DNA of 64,000 bases, taken from the NCBI GenBank assembly GCA_963748815.1, contig CAVVKJ010000005.1, forward strand, positions 320,001 through 384,000. The letters run 5' to 3'. This DNA comes from an uncultured Gemmatimonadales bacterium (lineage in GTDB: Bacteria > Gemmatimonadota > Gemmatimonadetes > Gemmatimonadales > GWC2-71-9). The notes beneath the pieces are model-generated. The model saw only the letters and a program-made list of their open reading frames with translations. It searched no databases and had not been told where the DNA came from. Shown here in pieces: positions 1 to 10,651 of the stretch. Position 1 is the stretch's first letter. Each line of letters starts with the position of its first letter. The position numbers and the translations under genes are program-made.

Positions 1-220
1 TCAACATGTACTGGGGGCCGGACGGGCCGGAAGTGACCCCGGCGGAGCCGCAGCGGGAGCTGATCCGGATTGGGGGTTAGCCCCCCCCTTCCCAAATCCG
101 GATTCGCGGGATAAGCTTGTCGGGCAAGGTGGTGGCCGCACCGCCGAGCATCGCCCCATCCCGGTCTGTTGCATTCAGTTACAGCAAGGTTCCTGTCGCA
201 TTCTGATTCGTGACAGTTCC

Positions 221-249
221 TTGACACGTGATTTGGGTCACGTCATATT
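221..249 (+). promoter_or_regulatory. sigma70-type promoter of the TBDR1 operon, with an overlapping CRP/FNR-like palindrome
   Basis: TTGACA (221-226), 17 bp, CATATT (244-249); ACGTGA-TTTGGG-TCACGT at 226-243 resembles TGTGA-N6-TCACA. Confidence 0.55.
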
Positions 250-447
250 GATTCAACCGACCGGGCCGCGGTCGGATGCCTCAATTTCTTCGCAGCACCT
301 TCGTGTGGTTTTCTCCCGCCGGCTTGTTCCGGCGTATCCGCAGTCGCATTCCCCAACTCGGCGCGTCAGGCGCAAGGAGGGAAGCGCGTGCATTTCGTTG
401 TTCGATTCGCAGGCAACACTGGGTTCACACCTTTGGAGGACGTGTCC

Positions 448-3400
448 ATGAAGCAAAGTTGTGTGAGCGCCTTCACCCGTGCGGCGCGGTACCTCGCGCT
501 GACGGCAGTCGTTCTGGCGACGGGAGCCTCGACGCTCTTCGCCCAGGCCGCGACTGGTAAGATTGAAGGCAAGGTGCGCGACCAGCAGGGCGCGCCAATC
601 GCGAACGTGCAGGTCATCATCATCGGTTCGAAGTTCGGCGCGCAGACCAACGCCGACGGCTACTACTTCATCAACCTCGTCCCCGCCGGCAACGTGACGT
701 TGCAGGCCTCCTTCATCGGATACAAGAAGACGCAAATCACCGACCTCCGCGTCCTCTCCGGCCAGACGATCACGGCCGACATCACGATGGAATCGACCCC
801 GGTCGAGGTCCAGGAAATCACGGTCGTCGCGGCCCAGAACGAACTGGTCCCCCGTGACGCGGTCACCACCAAGCAGAACGTCCAGGGCAACTACACCGAG
901 AAGCTGCCGGTGGACCAGATCAACAACGCCCTGGCACTGCAGCCGGGCGTCGTGGCCAGCACGGGTGGCACCACGCTTTCCATCCGCGGCGGCCGGACCG
1001 ACGAGCAGGCCGTGTACGTCGACGGCGTTCCGGTCGGCGCGGGCAACCGCGGCGGCGGCTTCGTCACCGGCGGCGGCAACTCGATCTCCATCGGCACCAA
1101 CGGCTTCGAAGACGCCTCCGTCACGACGGGCGCCGGTTCGGCGGCCTTCGGCGGCGCCCAGTCGGGCATCATCTCGATCTCGACCCGGACCGGTGGCGAC
1201 AAGTTCACCGGCGCGGTCGGCTTCGAGTCCGACGGGCTCTTCGGCAACAGCGTGAGCCTCGGCTTCAACCGGATCACCGCCAGCCTCGGCGGCCCGATCG
1301 TCAACAACCTCTCCTTCTTCGTCAGCGGCGTGCTCGCCGGCGCTGCCAGCGCCGGGACCGGCCAGGACCGCGCCAACTCGCCGTACTTCACGGTGGCGGG
1401 CGTGGACACGGTCGTCGCGGTGCCGGACAGCAAGGGGAACGCCGTACTCCGACACGACGTATGTCACCGTCGACCAGTACGCCGTGTACACCGGCAAGTG
1501 CGACGAGACCATGACGTACGCCGGCATCAACATCCAGAACAGCACCAACCCCGACATCGCCAACAACTACGGGGTCGACTGCCAGGGCATCCAGCTGCCG
1601 GGTACCGCCAATTCGCAGTACCAGCTGCAGGGCAAGCTCAACTACACGTACGGCACCGGTTCGCGCATCTTCCTCAGCGCGAACGCGAGCCAGGCGCAGG
1701 GGCGGAACTTCACCTACGCCAACCTGTACAACCCGCAGCAGATCTTCGGCAACACCGGCACCAACCAGGTCTACACCCTCGGGTGGACGCAGAACCTGGC
1801 CAAGTCGTCGGCGCGGGCGCTGGCGCTCGACGTCTCCCTCTCGTACCAGACGGACGAGTTCATCACCTCGCCGCTGACCCGGGAGTCGGAAGTCGACAGC
1901 CGGAACCCGTGGGGCGGCTTCATGATCTCGCCGCTCAAGTACCAGTTCAACTTCGACAACTTCCCGCTGAACCAGGAGTTGATGGACAACTTCCAGCAGA
2001 ACAAGGCGAACAGCCGGCGCTCTCCGTACGACCTGGAGAACACCGCGCAGTACAGCCTGGTCGACAAGTGGCGGAACAACGCCTACGGCCTCATCGGCTT
2101 CACCGAAGCCGGCGGCCCGACCGGCCGGCTGACCATGAACCAGGAAAACCGGTTCATCGGCGCGGCGGCCCTCGACTGGCAGGTGGACCGCTACAACCGC
2201 CTCAAGATCGGTGGCGGCTACACCGGGTATCGACATCACCTCGTACTCGTCGTCCATGACCAGCCAGGCGTTCTCCGACTTCTACATGGAGAAGCCGACG
2301 TCCTAGACCGGCTACGCGGAAGACCGCCTCGACCTCGGCGACGTGGTCCTCGTGGCGGGCATCCGGTACGACTACTACAACAGCAACGCGTCGCACCCGC
2401 AGTACTGCGACTCGACGGGCTCGTGCCAGCCGACCGTCCGGATTTCGAGCAACCCGCTCTGGGATCCGAACGATGTCCAGGCCTCGCTCGACACCATCTA
2501 CACGCCGGACCAGTCGCACGACTACATCTCGCCGCACATCCAGGTGGCGTTCCCGGTGAGCGACCGGACCAACATGCGCTTCTCCTACGCGCACCAGGTC
2601 CAGCCGCCGGACTTCTCGCTGGTCCTCGGCGGCATCAACACCGACCTCGCCGTGACGAACACCAACCACGTCTACGGGTCGGACCTGGACTTCGGGACCA
2701 CGATCAGCTTCGAGTTCGGCATCCGGCACGCCTTCTCGGACGACTTCGTGCTCGACTTCTCGGCGTACAACCGCGACGCGCAGGCCAACCAGGCCGGCCG
2801 CCTGCTCTCGTTGTACGACCCGCTCAAGCAGCAGAACCAGGACATCCGGATGATGACGAACGCGGACTTCGGCAACTACCGCGGCTTCGACGTCCGGCTC
2901 GACAAGCGGATCGGCAGCCTCTTCAACGGCACGCTGGCGTACTCCTTCAGCGACGCCAAGAACACCGGCTCGGATCCGTTCACGTACATCAACTTCGGCT
3001 CGCGCATCGTGAACCAGATCTCCGGCGGTAACGATCCGCCGCCGTCGGCCTACCTGCCGACGACCTACACCCGGCCGCACAACCTGGCCGGTTCGTTCTC
3101 GATGACGTTCCCGAATGGCTGGCACTCGGGCTCGACCAGCGGCGCCATCCTCCAGAACGTGGGCATCTTCGCCACCTTCCGGGTGGCCAGCGGCACCGCC
3201 TACACCCGCTGCCCGGTGGAAACCGGCAACGAGTCGGTCATCTCCCCCGGCGTCTGCGCCCGGCAGTTCGAGGGCGACGTCAACGGCTCGCGCCTCCCGA
3301 CCTTCCGGAATACCGACCTCCGGGTCACCAAGGGCTTCCGGTTCGGCGGCGTGGACCTCACCGGGTACGTCGACGTCCGGAACCTCTTCAACTTCACCAA

Positions 3401-3770
3401 CACCACGCAGGTGTTCGCCGAGAACAACAGCATCACGAACACCGTTGAGCTCGAGGAGACCTGGACCGGCGACTCGTCCGGGTACGCGAAGGAAGCCATC
3501 GCGTCGGGCAGCTACGACGCGGAGAACGGCGACATGTTCCTGCCGACGCCCTCGGGCTGCGGCAACTGGGTGACGCAGGACGGCAAGGCCGCCGCGCCGA
3601 ACTGCGTGTACCTGGTCCGCGCCGAAGAGCGTTTCGGCAACGGCGACGGCGTGTTCAGCCTCTCCGAGCAGCGTCGGGCGTCGGAAGCCCTGTACTACGC
3701 GGGCCGCAGCGAGGCGAACTTCACCGCCGCGCCACGACGGATCCGGCTTGGGTTGGAGCTCAATTTCTAG
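448..3770 (+). CDS. TonB-dependent receptor with N-terminal carboxypeptidase-regulatory-like domain (frameshifts ~1450 and ~2230, in-frame TAG at 2304)
   Basis: Signal peptide ...STLFA-Q; GKIEGKVRDQQGAPIANVQV; plug LQPGVV...SIRGGRTDEQAVYVDGVPV; barrel strands AGIRYDY and ISPHIQVAFPVSDRT; C-terminal RIRLGLELNF; pieced from ORFs 388-2259, 1484-3031 and 2343-3770. Confidence 0.9.
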
Positions 3771-3860
3771 CGTGATCGATCCACGGCGGGAGGGGGGCCG
3801 GCGCGCCGAACGGCGCCGTCCCCCGTCCAGCCGAACAGTATCCATCTGAGAGAGGATGCA

Positions 3861-6800
3861 ATGCACTCACCATTCCGTAAGAGGGGCGTCATCCTGGCGG
3901 GCCTGCTGGCGCTGGCGCTCGCGGCGGCTTTGCCGTCGAACGCCATGGCCAAGCCGGAACCGGGGGCCAAGAAGTCGGCCAAGGGATTCCGGCTCTTCGC
4001 CCGTCCCCTGGGCGCCATGACGATCAACCGCGTCTACTGCGGTCTGTCGTCCGACGGCCAGATCTGCGTCGACTCCACCAACTCCTCCACCGTCGGTGGC
4101 GGGTACTGGCCCAAGGGCACGGCGGACCAGTACATCTTCAACACCGGCCTGCAGCTGGCCGGCGTCGTTTCCCCGCTGGACGGCGGCCCCTGGGCCGGCG
4201 ACACCACGGGCGCGTTCTTCTTCGATCCGAAGGGGACCACCCAGCACGGCACCCAGGTGGAGCCGATCTACAACACGTCGAACAGCAGCCGACCTCGACG
4301 ACCTGCCGCTGGCCGGCTACGTCCCCTTCGGCGACGCCACGGCCGACCTGTACAACCCGCTCCTGACCGGCACCGCCACGGACCGGAAGAAGCAGGCGTC
4401 ACAGGGCGACGTCTGGTGGATGTCGTGGGACGGCGACCCGGCGCTCAACGCCGGCCGCAAGCACCCGCTCGGCATCGTCGTCGAGACCCGCGGCATGGGG
4501 TGGAACTTCCCCACCGGCAACGAAGACATCATCTACTTCGTCTACACCTTCTACAACGTCACCACGACGAACCCGGCCGACTACGTCAACATCCGGCCGG
4601 AAATGCAGGCGATCCTGCTCGACAAGGCGGCGGAGTTCCAGGCCAAGAACAACGCGACGTTCAACGTGACCCTGCCGACCGGCGGGTACACGATCGACGA
4701 CCTGTACGCGGCGTTCGCGACCGACATGGACGTGGCCTCGGCCGGCACGAACTACTCCAGCGTCAACCTGCCGTTCGCCCTGGGCTATACCTACGTCCAG
4801 AGCTTCGCGGGTGAAGTCTCCTGGACCTTCGACCCGAACATCTTCTCGGCGCCCTTCATGTTCGGCGCCGGCTTCGCGGGGGTCAAGTACCTGAAGAGCC
4901 CCACCGGTCCGGGCGAAATCCAGCTCTTCTCCAACACGGTCAACGGCTCCCCCTTCCCGGGCGCCTTCAACGACCCGCAGAACACCATCCAGCTCTGGCG
5001 CTACCTCTCGGGCAACATCTCGGTGCCCGCCGGCGACCAGCCCTGCAACACCGGCGATCCGTCGTCCAGCCGCATCTGCTGGATCAACAACACCCAGCCG
5101 GCTGACATGCGCTTCTTCCAGTCCTCCAGCGGCTTCTCGCTGCCGCCGGGCGGCCAGGGTTCGATCGTCGTGGCGTACATCTTCGCCGCCCCGGTGGCGG
5201 CGGGCGGTTGCCCCGCCCCCGGCCCGACCTGCGGCGGCGGCAACGTGAAGCCCGGCAACCCAACGCTGCTCGGCAGCCCGGCGGGCATGACCGGCGGCGT
5301 CAACCTGGTGGACAGCATCACCGGGTACATCTCGGCGACCGACCTCGACCTCAGCGGCGAGTACGAGCAGGAAGGCACCGCCGGTCCGGAGTGGACCGTG
5401 GTTCCCGGCTCGCTCCTCGGCAAGTCCTACACGGCCCAGGCCGTGTTCGACGCGAAGTTCCTGCTGCCGTTCGCGCCGGACCCGCCGAAGTTCTTCCTGA
5501 TCCCGAGCAACAACCAGGTCACGGTGGTCTGGCAGGCGTCGCCGTCGGAAGCCAACGGCGACCCGTACTACGCCATCGCCTCCGATCCGAGCAGCGCGCT
5601 CTACGACCCGAACTATCGGCAGTACGACGTCGAAGGGTACCGGATCTATCGTGGCCGGGTGGACAGCCCGGACGAGATGGCGCTCATTGCCCAGTTCGAC
5701 TTTTCGGGCACCATCTTCAACGACTATGACGGCGTCATCAACTACGTGGACGGCTGCGCTCCCGAACTGGAACATCTACCTCGACTGCCCGGTCGCCTGT
5801 CCATCGACCCGGTCGTCCCCGGTCAGCCGCGCACGGTGGCCAACCCGAACCCGATCGTCAGCCCGTTCATCGAGACGAAGTTCGGCAACCGGCTGGCGCT
5901 GGCGAGCGGGCTGTCCATCACCACCAAGGCGGACACGGTCGTCACCGGCGGCAACTCCGGGCTTCCGCCGCTTCGCGACACCGGCATCCCGTACATCTAC
6001 GTGGACAACGGCGTCCGCAACAACTTCCGGTACTTCTACGTGGTCACGGCGTTCGACGTGAACTCGTGGACGTCCGGCCCGACCAGCCTCGAGTCGCCCG
6101 AAGGCGGGGACCGCGTCGGTCATTCCGCAGGCGCTGGCGTCCAACCTCGTGCAGACCGGCACCCTCACGCCGGGCATGTTCGGGCGGCCCAGCGCCGAGG
6201 AGCCGGGCGGAACCAACCAGAGCCTCGTCTTCCCCAAGACGCCCGGGCTCAACACCAACGGCACCTTCACCGGGCCCTTCCCGCCGGCCACGGTTCAGCT
6301 CGGCTTCGTCGGGTTCGCGAGCCAGGTGGTCGGCGCCTCCGGGGCGCTCTCCGCGAAGCTCGACAGCCTCCAGGTCGGCGACGTCGACCTGACCGGCTGC
6401 TGCGGCGGCGGTCAGCCCGGTAAGCCGGCGGTGTACTACTTCACGATGTCCAACGGGTCGGACCCGGCATTCCAGATCGCGGTCCCGCTCCAGCAGGACC
6501 TCGGCGTACGATGTGTCGACCGACGTGTACTTCGCCGGTCCGGCCATCGACGGCTCCCTCGCCTCGCTCTACGGCGGCGACGGAACCTACGGCACCCTCA
6601 GCGCGCTCTTCACCCCGACCATCACCGCGGGCCCGATTGCCGCGGACTGGGGACTCGGGTCGGCGCTCAATGAACCGTTCCTCGCGCCGTCGGAGTTCCC
6701 GACCGGCGTGACCGGCGTCAACTACAACGGCTGGCGCTGGTTCGACGGCCCCTCGCCGACGACCAACGAGACCATGGCCGATCCGATCGGCGGTTCCTGC

Positions 6801-7895
6801 GGCACCGGAGCCACCGGCACGACGGCCTGCGCCAGCCAACGGCACCACGTCGTTCGCGAACGCCGGCCAGCTGACCGGGGTCACCACGGTCTACCAGCCG
6901 ATGTCGTACAACATGTACAACCGTGAATGGCGCAACGTGGCCGAATACCCAGTCGAGCGCCATTCGCGCCGCCGACTTCAACGTCTACTGGGGTGCGGCC
7001 GGCGTCGTCGACTCGATCATCGACGTCACCCACAACGTTGAGGTCCCCTTCCAGACCACCGCCGGTGGCGGCTGGGGCATCCTGAACACCTCCGACCAGG
7101 GGGCGGGCGGCTTCGACAACCGGCCGACCGTGCTGACTCCGACCGACTGGACCTGCGTGGATCCATTGCGCACCCAGGCGCCGGGCAGCGGCGCGGGCAC
7201 ATTCTTCCCGTGTGCCGCCGCCGCAGGCTTCGTCCTGAGCAACACGGCGGAGCTCGGCGCCATCGCCTTCGGTTCAGGCAATGCGCAGTCGGCCACGGCC
7301 ACCAAGTCGGACCGCAACCCGGCCAACATCGAGGCCGAGGGCGGCTTCTACATCTGGATCGCCGGCACCATCAGCGGCTTCACAATGCCGTCGCTGCCGG
7401 CGGCCGGCACGGTCTGGGCCCTCCGGAGCTACACCGGCGTCATCTACGGTGGCAACGGCGTGGCGCAGTCCGGCAATCGCGGTCCCTACTCGTTCGTGGC
7501 GGCCACCCGGCCGTTCACTGCGGTGGGCGCCACGATGGGCGTGCGAATACGACGTGGTCAACGACTTCAACGTCGCTGCGTCGAACCTGGATCTCTCGAC
7601 GATCCACACGGTGCCGGATCCGTACTACGTCACCAACGCCTACGAGGTGGACTACACCTCGAAGGTCATCAAGTTCGTGAACCTTCCGCTGCAGGCGACG
7701 ATCCGCATCTACTCGTCGAGCGGGATCCTGGTCCGGGTCCTCAATTACGAGGCCTCTCAGAACGGCGGCATGCTGGACTGGAACGTCCGGAACCGGAACA
7801 ACCAGGTCGTTGCAAGCGGTGTGTACTTCTATCACGTCGAATCGGGCAGTGCGCGCCACATCGGGCGCATGACGATCGTCAACTTCGCCAAGTAG
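3861..7895 (+). CDS. Large secreted protein (~1,340 aa, several frameshifts) with FN3-like module and C-terminal T9SS type-A/FlgD-Ig-like sorting domain
   Basis: Signal peptide ...SNAMA-K; PPKFFLIPSNNQVTVVWQ, DVEGYRIYRG, YVDNGVRNNFRYFYVVTAFD; C-terminus IHTVPDPY...IKFVNLPLQATIRIYSSSGILVRVL...LDWNVRNRNNQVVASGVYFYHVE; ORFs 3861, 4096, 6149, 6513, 6923 and 7281 join by frameshifts. Confidence 0.8.
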
Positions 7896-7906
7896 CCACG
7901 CCGGGG

Positions 7907-7929
7907 GTGGGGGGAACATTTCCCCCCAC
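7907..7929 (+). other. Intra-operon stem-loop between the cargo gene and porV
   Basis: GTGGGGGGAA-CAT-TTCCCCCCAC perfect 10-bp stem, no U-tract. Confidence 0.6.
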
Positions 7930-7956
7930 ATCCCGCATCCAGGAGACAGAATACTT

Positions 7957-9078
7957 ATGAAGCGGCACACTGCGCATGGGTTGGCCCTGGCGGCGCTGCT
8001 GGTGGGCGGGTTGCCCGTGGCCCTCGCGGCCCAGGCATCCGAGATCAACGCGGACAACACGCCATACGGCACGACGTCGGGAGAATTTCTTCTCCTCGGC
8101 GCCAGCGCCCGCGGCGCCGCGCTCGGCAACGCCTTCCAGGCCATCGCCAACGACGTCTCGGCCCTCTATTACAATCCCGCCGGCATCGCCATGATGGAAC
8201 GCCCGGGAGCGCTCGTCAGCACGTACTCGTACGTCGCCAGCACCCGGTACAGCTGGGGCGGTTTGGCCTTTCCGTTCTCGGGCGGCGCCCGGGCGGTCGG
8301 CCTCCACCTCGGCACCTTCGGGTTCAAGGACCAGCCGGAATACACGGTGGACCTCCCCGACGGCACCGGCGGCACCTACTCCGTGAGCGAGTCCTACCTC
8401 GGCCTCACCTACGCGGAGAACTTCTCGGACCGCTTCTCGGCCGGCATCACCGCCAAGGGCGTCTTCGACCAGCTGGGTGAAGTGAGCGGGAGCGCGTTCG
8501 CGGTCGACTTCGGCACCAATTTCCACTCGGCGCTGAACAACCACCCGATCAAGTTCTCCTTCGTCATCCAGAACCTCGGCACCAACCTGAGCTACAGCGG
8601 CGACGCGCTCAACGTCGGCGTCCCCCGGGACCCGGCCGAAGGCGAAGAGGCCGTGCCGAGCAACCCGCAGCCGGGTTCGTACCGCACCAAGGCGTTCTCG
8701 CTGCCGACCACCTTCACCGTGGCCGTGGCGTACGACATCATCGCCAAGGAAAGCACCCGCTGGACGCTGCTCGCCGACTTCAACCAGCCGAACAACACGG
8801 GCCCCGGCTACGTGTTCGGCACGGAGTTCGGCTTCCCGCAGATGGGCGGCAGCAACTTCAACGGGTCGGTCCGCGCCAGCTACAGCTACGCCTCGGCCAA
8901 CTCCGGTCAGGACGTCTCGGGCAGCCAGCTCAACGAAGAGCAGAGCTACCAGGGCTCCGCCGTCGGCGGCGGCCTGAGCTACACGACCGAAACGTTCAAT
9001 CTCGGGTTCGACTATGCCTGGAAGTACATGGGCATTCTCGGCTCGACCAATTTCTTCACGTTCAGCATCGGCTGGTAA
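7957..9078 (+). CDS. porV: PorV/PorQ-family outer-membrane beta-barrel (FadL-like fold)
   Basis: Signal peptide ...ALAA-Q; family motif FLLLGASARGAALGNAFQAIANDVSALYYNPAGIA; FAVDFG; QNLG; C-terminal aromatic strand FTFSIGW. Confidence 0.8.
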   Translation: MKRHTAHGLALAALLVGGLPVALAAQASEINADNTPYGTTSGEFLLLGASARGAALGNAFQAIANDVSALYYNPAGIAMMERPGALVSTYSYVASTRYSWGGLAFPFSGGARAVGLHLGTFGFKDQPEYTVDLPDGTGGTYSVSESYLGLTYAENFSDRFSAGITAKGVFDQLGEVSGSAFAVDFGTNFHSALNNHPIKFSFVIQNLGTNLSYSGDALNVGVPRDPAEGEEAVPSNPQPGSYRTKAFSLPTTFTVAVAYDIIAKESTRWTLLADFNQPNNTGPGYVFGTEFGFPQMGGSNFNGSVRASYSYASANSGQDVSGSQLNEEQSYQGSAVGGGLSYTTETFNLGFDYAWKYMGILGSTNFFTFSIGW

Positions 9079-9127
9079 CGGCGCGATGCGACGGCAGCGG
9101 CTCCGGCCGCTGCCGCCCAGGAGCACA

Positions 9128-10567
9128 ATGGTTCGCTGGTTTTCGCTGGCCCTCGCGGCTGGCGTACTCGTCGCCCCGACCCGGATCGGTGAGCGGCCAG
9201 CCGAAGATGTGATGGCGGTCCGGGCGGTCCGGTTCTATCGGGCCGAAACCCGCCAGACACTGGTCAAGGCGTTTGTTCAGATTCCGTACGTGGTCTTCTC
9301 GAACGACGCCGGCACCGGCTCCAGCGACCAGGTCACCTACTTCGTGACCGTCAAGGTGTCCGATTCCACCGGACTCGGGCTCCTGCAGGAAGGATGGACC
9401 AACCACATCGCGAAGGCCCTGGCGGTGCCGGGGGTGGTGGGGCTGGAAATGCTGGAGTTCCCTGTCCTCCCCGGGAACTACGTCCTCGACGTGACGATCG
9501 AGGACAGCGTGACCGGGCGGAAGGCGTTCGCCACGGCGGCCATCGAGGGGTATCGATCCCCGCCGGCCGTCTCGGACCTGCTGCTTTCCCCGGAAATCCG
9601 GGTGGCAGCGCCGGGCGACACGGTGCCGAAGCCCGGCGAGTTGCGGATCGGGAATGTCCTGGTGACCGGAGCGGTGGAACTGCACCTGACGCCGCTGCAG
9701 AGCCAGGCCTACTACCTGATCGAGGCGTACGGTGCGGCACCCGCGAACGGCACCTTGTCGGCCGCCATTCGCGACTCGGCAGGGAAGACGATCCTGAAGA
9801 CGCCAGCGGCGGCGGTCAACGTGCCGGCCGGTGGCGGAGTCCTGAAGGGTCAGCTGGACTTGACGGGGTTGCCGGAAGGGCAGTACACGATGGCGGTGTC
9901 AGTCGCCCTCGAAGGCGTCACGTCGGAGCGGGAACAGCCCTTCGTGATGGCCAATCTCGACGAAACGCTGCGCAAGGAAGCGGCGCGAATCGAGATGGAA
10001 CAGCGGACCGACGCGGGGTACTTTGCCGCGATGAACGAGGCGCAGCTGGACAGCGCCGCCGGTCCCCTGCTCTACATCGCGACGCCGTCGGACGGGCTGA
10101 ACATGTACAAGGACCTGAGCGTCGATGCCAAACGGCGCTGGTTGACGGAGTTCTGGGTCCAGCGGGACCTGAGTCCCGGGGTGGCGCGGAACGAGACGCG
10201 CGAGAATTTCTACGAGGCGGTCGCCTACGCCAACCAGCAGTTCAAGGTGGGGGGTCGCCGCACCACCCCAGGGTGGCGCACCGACCGGGGCCGGATCTAC
10301 GCGAAGCACGGGCCCTACGACGCGTTCCTCGACCGGGTGTCCCAGGGCCAGGCGCCGCCCTACCAGGTCTGGCGCTATACGAAGCAGAAGGACCTGTATT
10401 ACATCTTTGTTGACCGGAACAATCTGGGCGAGTTCCTGATGATTTACACGAACGACCTCACCGAGGTCTCCCGGCCCGACTGGCGGGATCTCCTGACCGC
10501 CGACGGGGTCATCGATGTGGGGCGCTGGCTGGGCGTGAATTTCTTCGGACCACAAAGCGACCAGTAA
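9128..10567 (+). CDS. GWxTD domain-containing protein
   Basis: FYEAVAYANQQF...PGWRTDRGRIYAKHGPYD...YQVWRY; AGGAG RBS before ATG 9128; N-terminal hydrophobic segment and Ig-like domains. Confidence 0.88.
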   Translation: MVRWFSLALAAGVLVAPTRIGERPAEDVMAVRAVRFYRAETRQTLVKAFVQIPYVVFSNDAGTGSSDQVTYFVTVKVSDSTGLGLLQEGWTNHIAKALAVPGVVGLEMLEFPVLPGNYVLDVTIEDSVTGRKAFATAAIEGYRSPPAVSDLLLSPEIRVAAPGDTVPKPGELRIGNVLVTGAVELHLTPLQSQAYYLIEAYGAAPANGTLSAAIRDSAGKTILKTPAAAVNVPAGGGVLKGQLDLTGLPEGQYTMAVSVALEGVTSEREQPFVMANLDETLRKEAARIEMEQRTDAGYFAAMNEAQLDSAAGPLLYIATPSDGLNMYKDLSVDAKRRWLTEFWVQRDLSPGVARNETRENFYEAVAYANQQFKVGGRRTTPGWRTDRGRIYAKHGPYDAFLDRVSQGQAPPYQVWRYTKQKDLYYIFVDRNNLGEFLMIYTNDLTEVSRPDWRDLLTADGVIDVGRWLGVNFFGPQSDQ

Positions 10568-10651
10568 ACGATTGGTTCATTTCAAGGGAGTTTCACTGCA
10601 GGACGCCGGAAAGAGCCGCTTTCCACCGTCTTCCGAGAACGAGGTACAAGT

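Noticed and set aside
250..447. Cobalamin or TPP riboswitch ahead of TBDR1
   Set aside because: No recognisable B12 box or TPP core.
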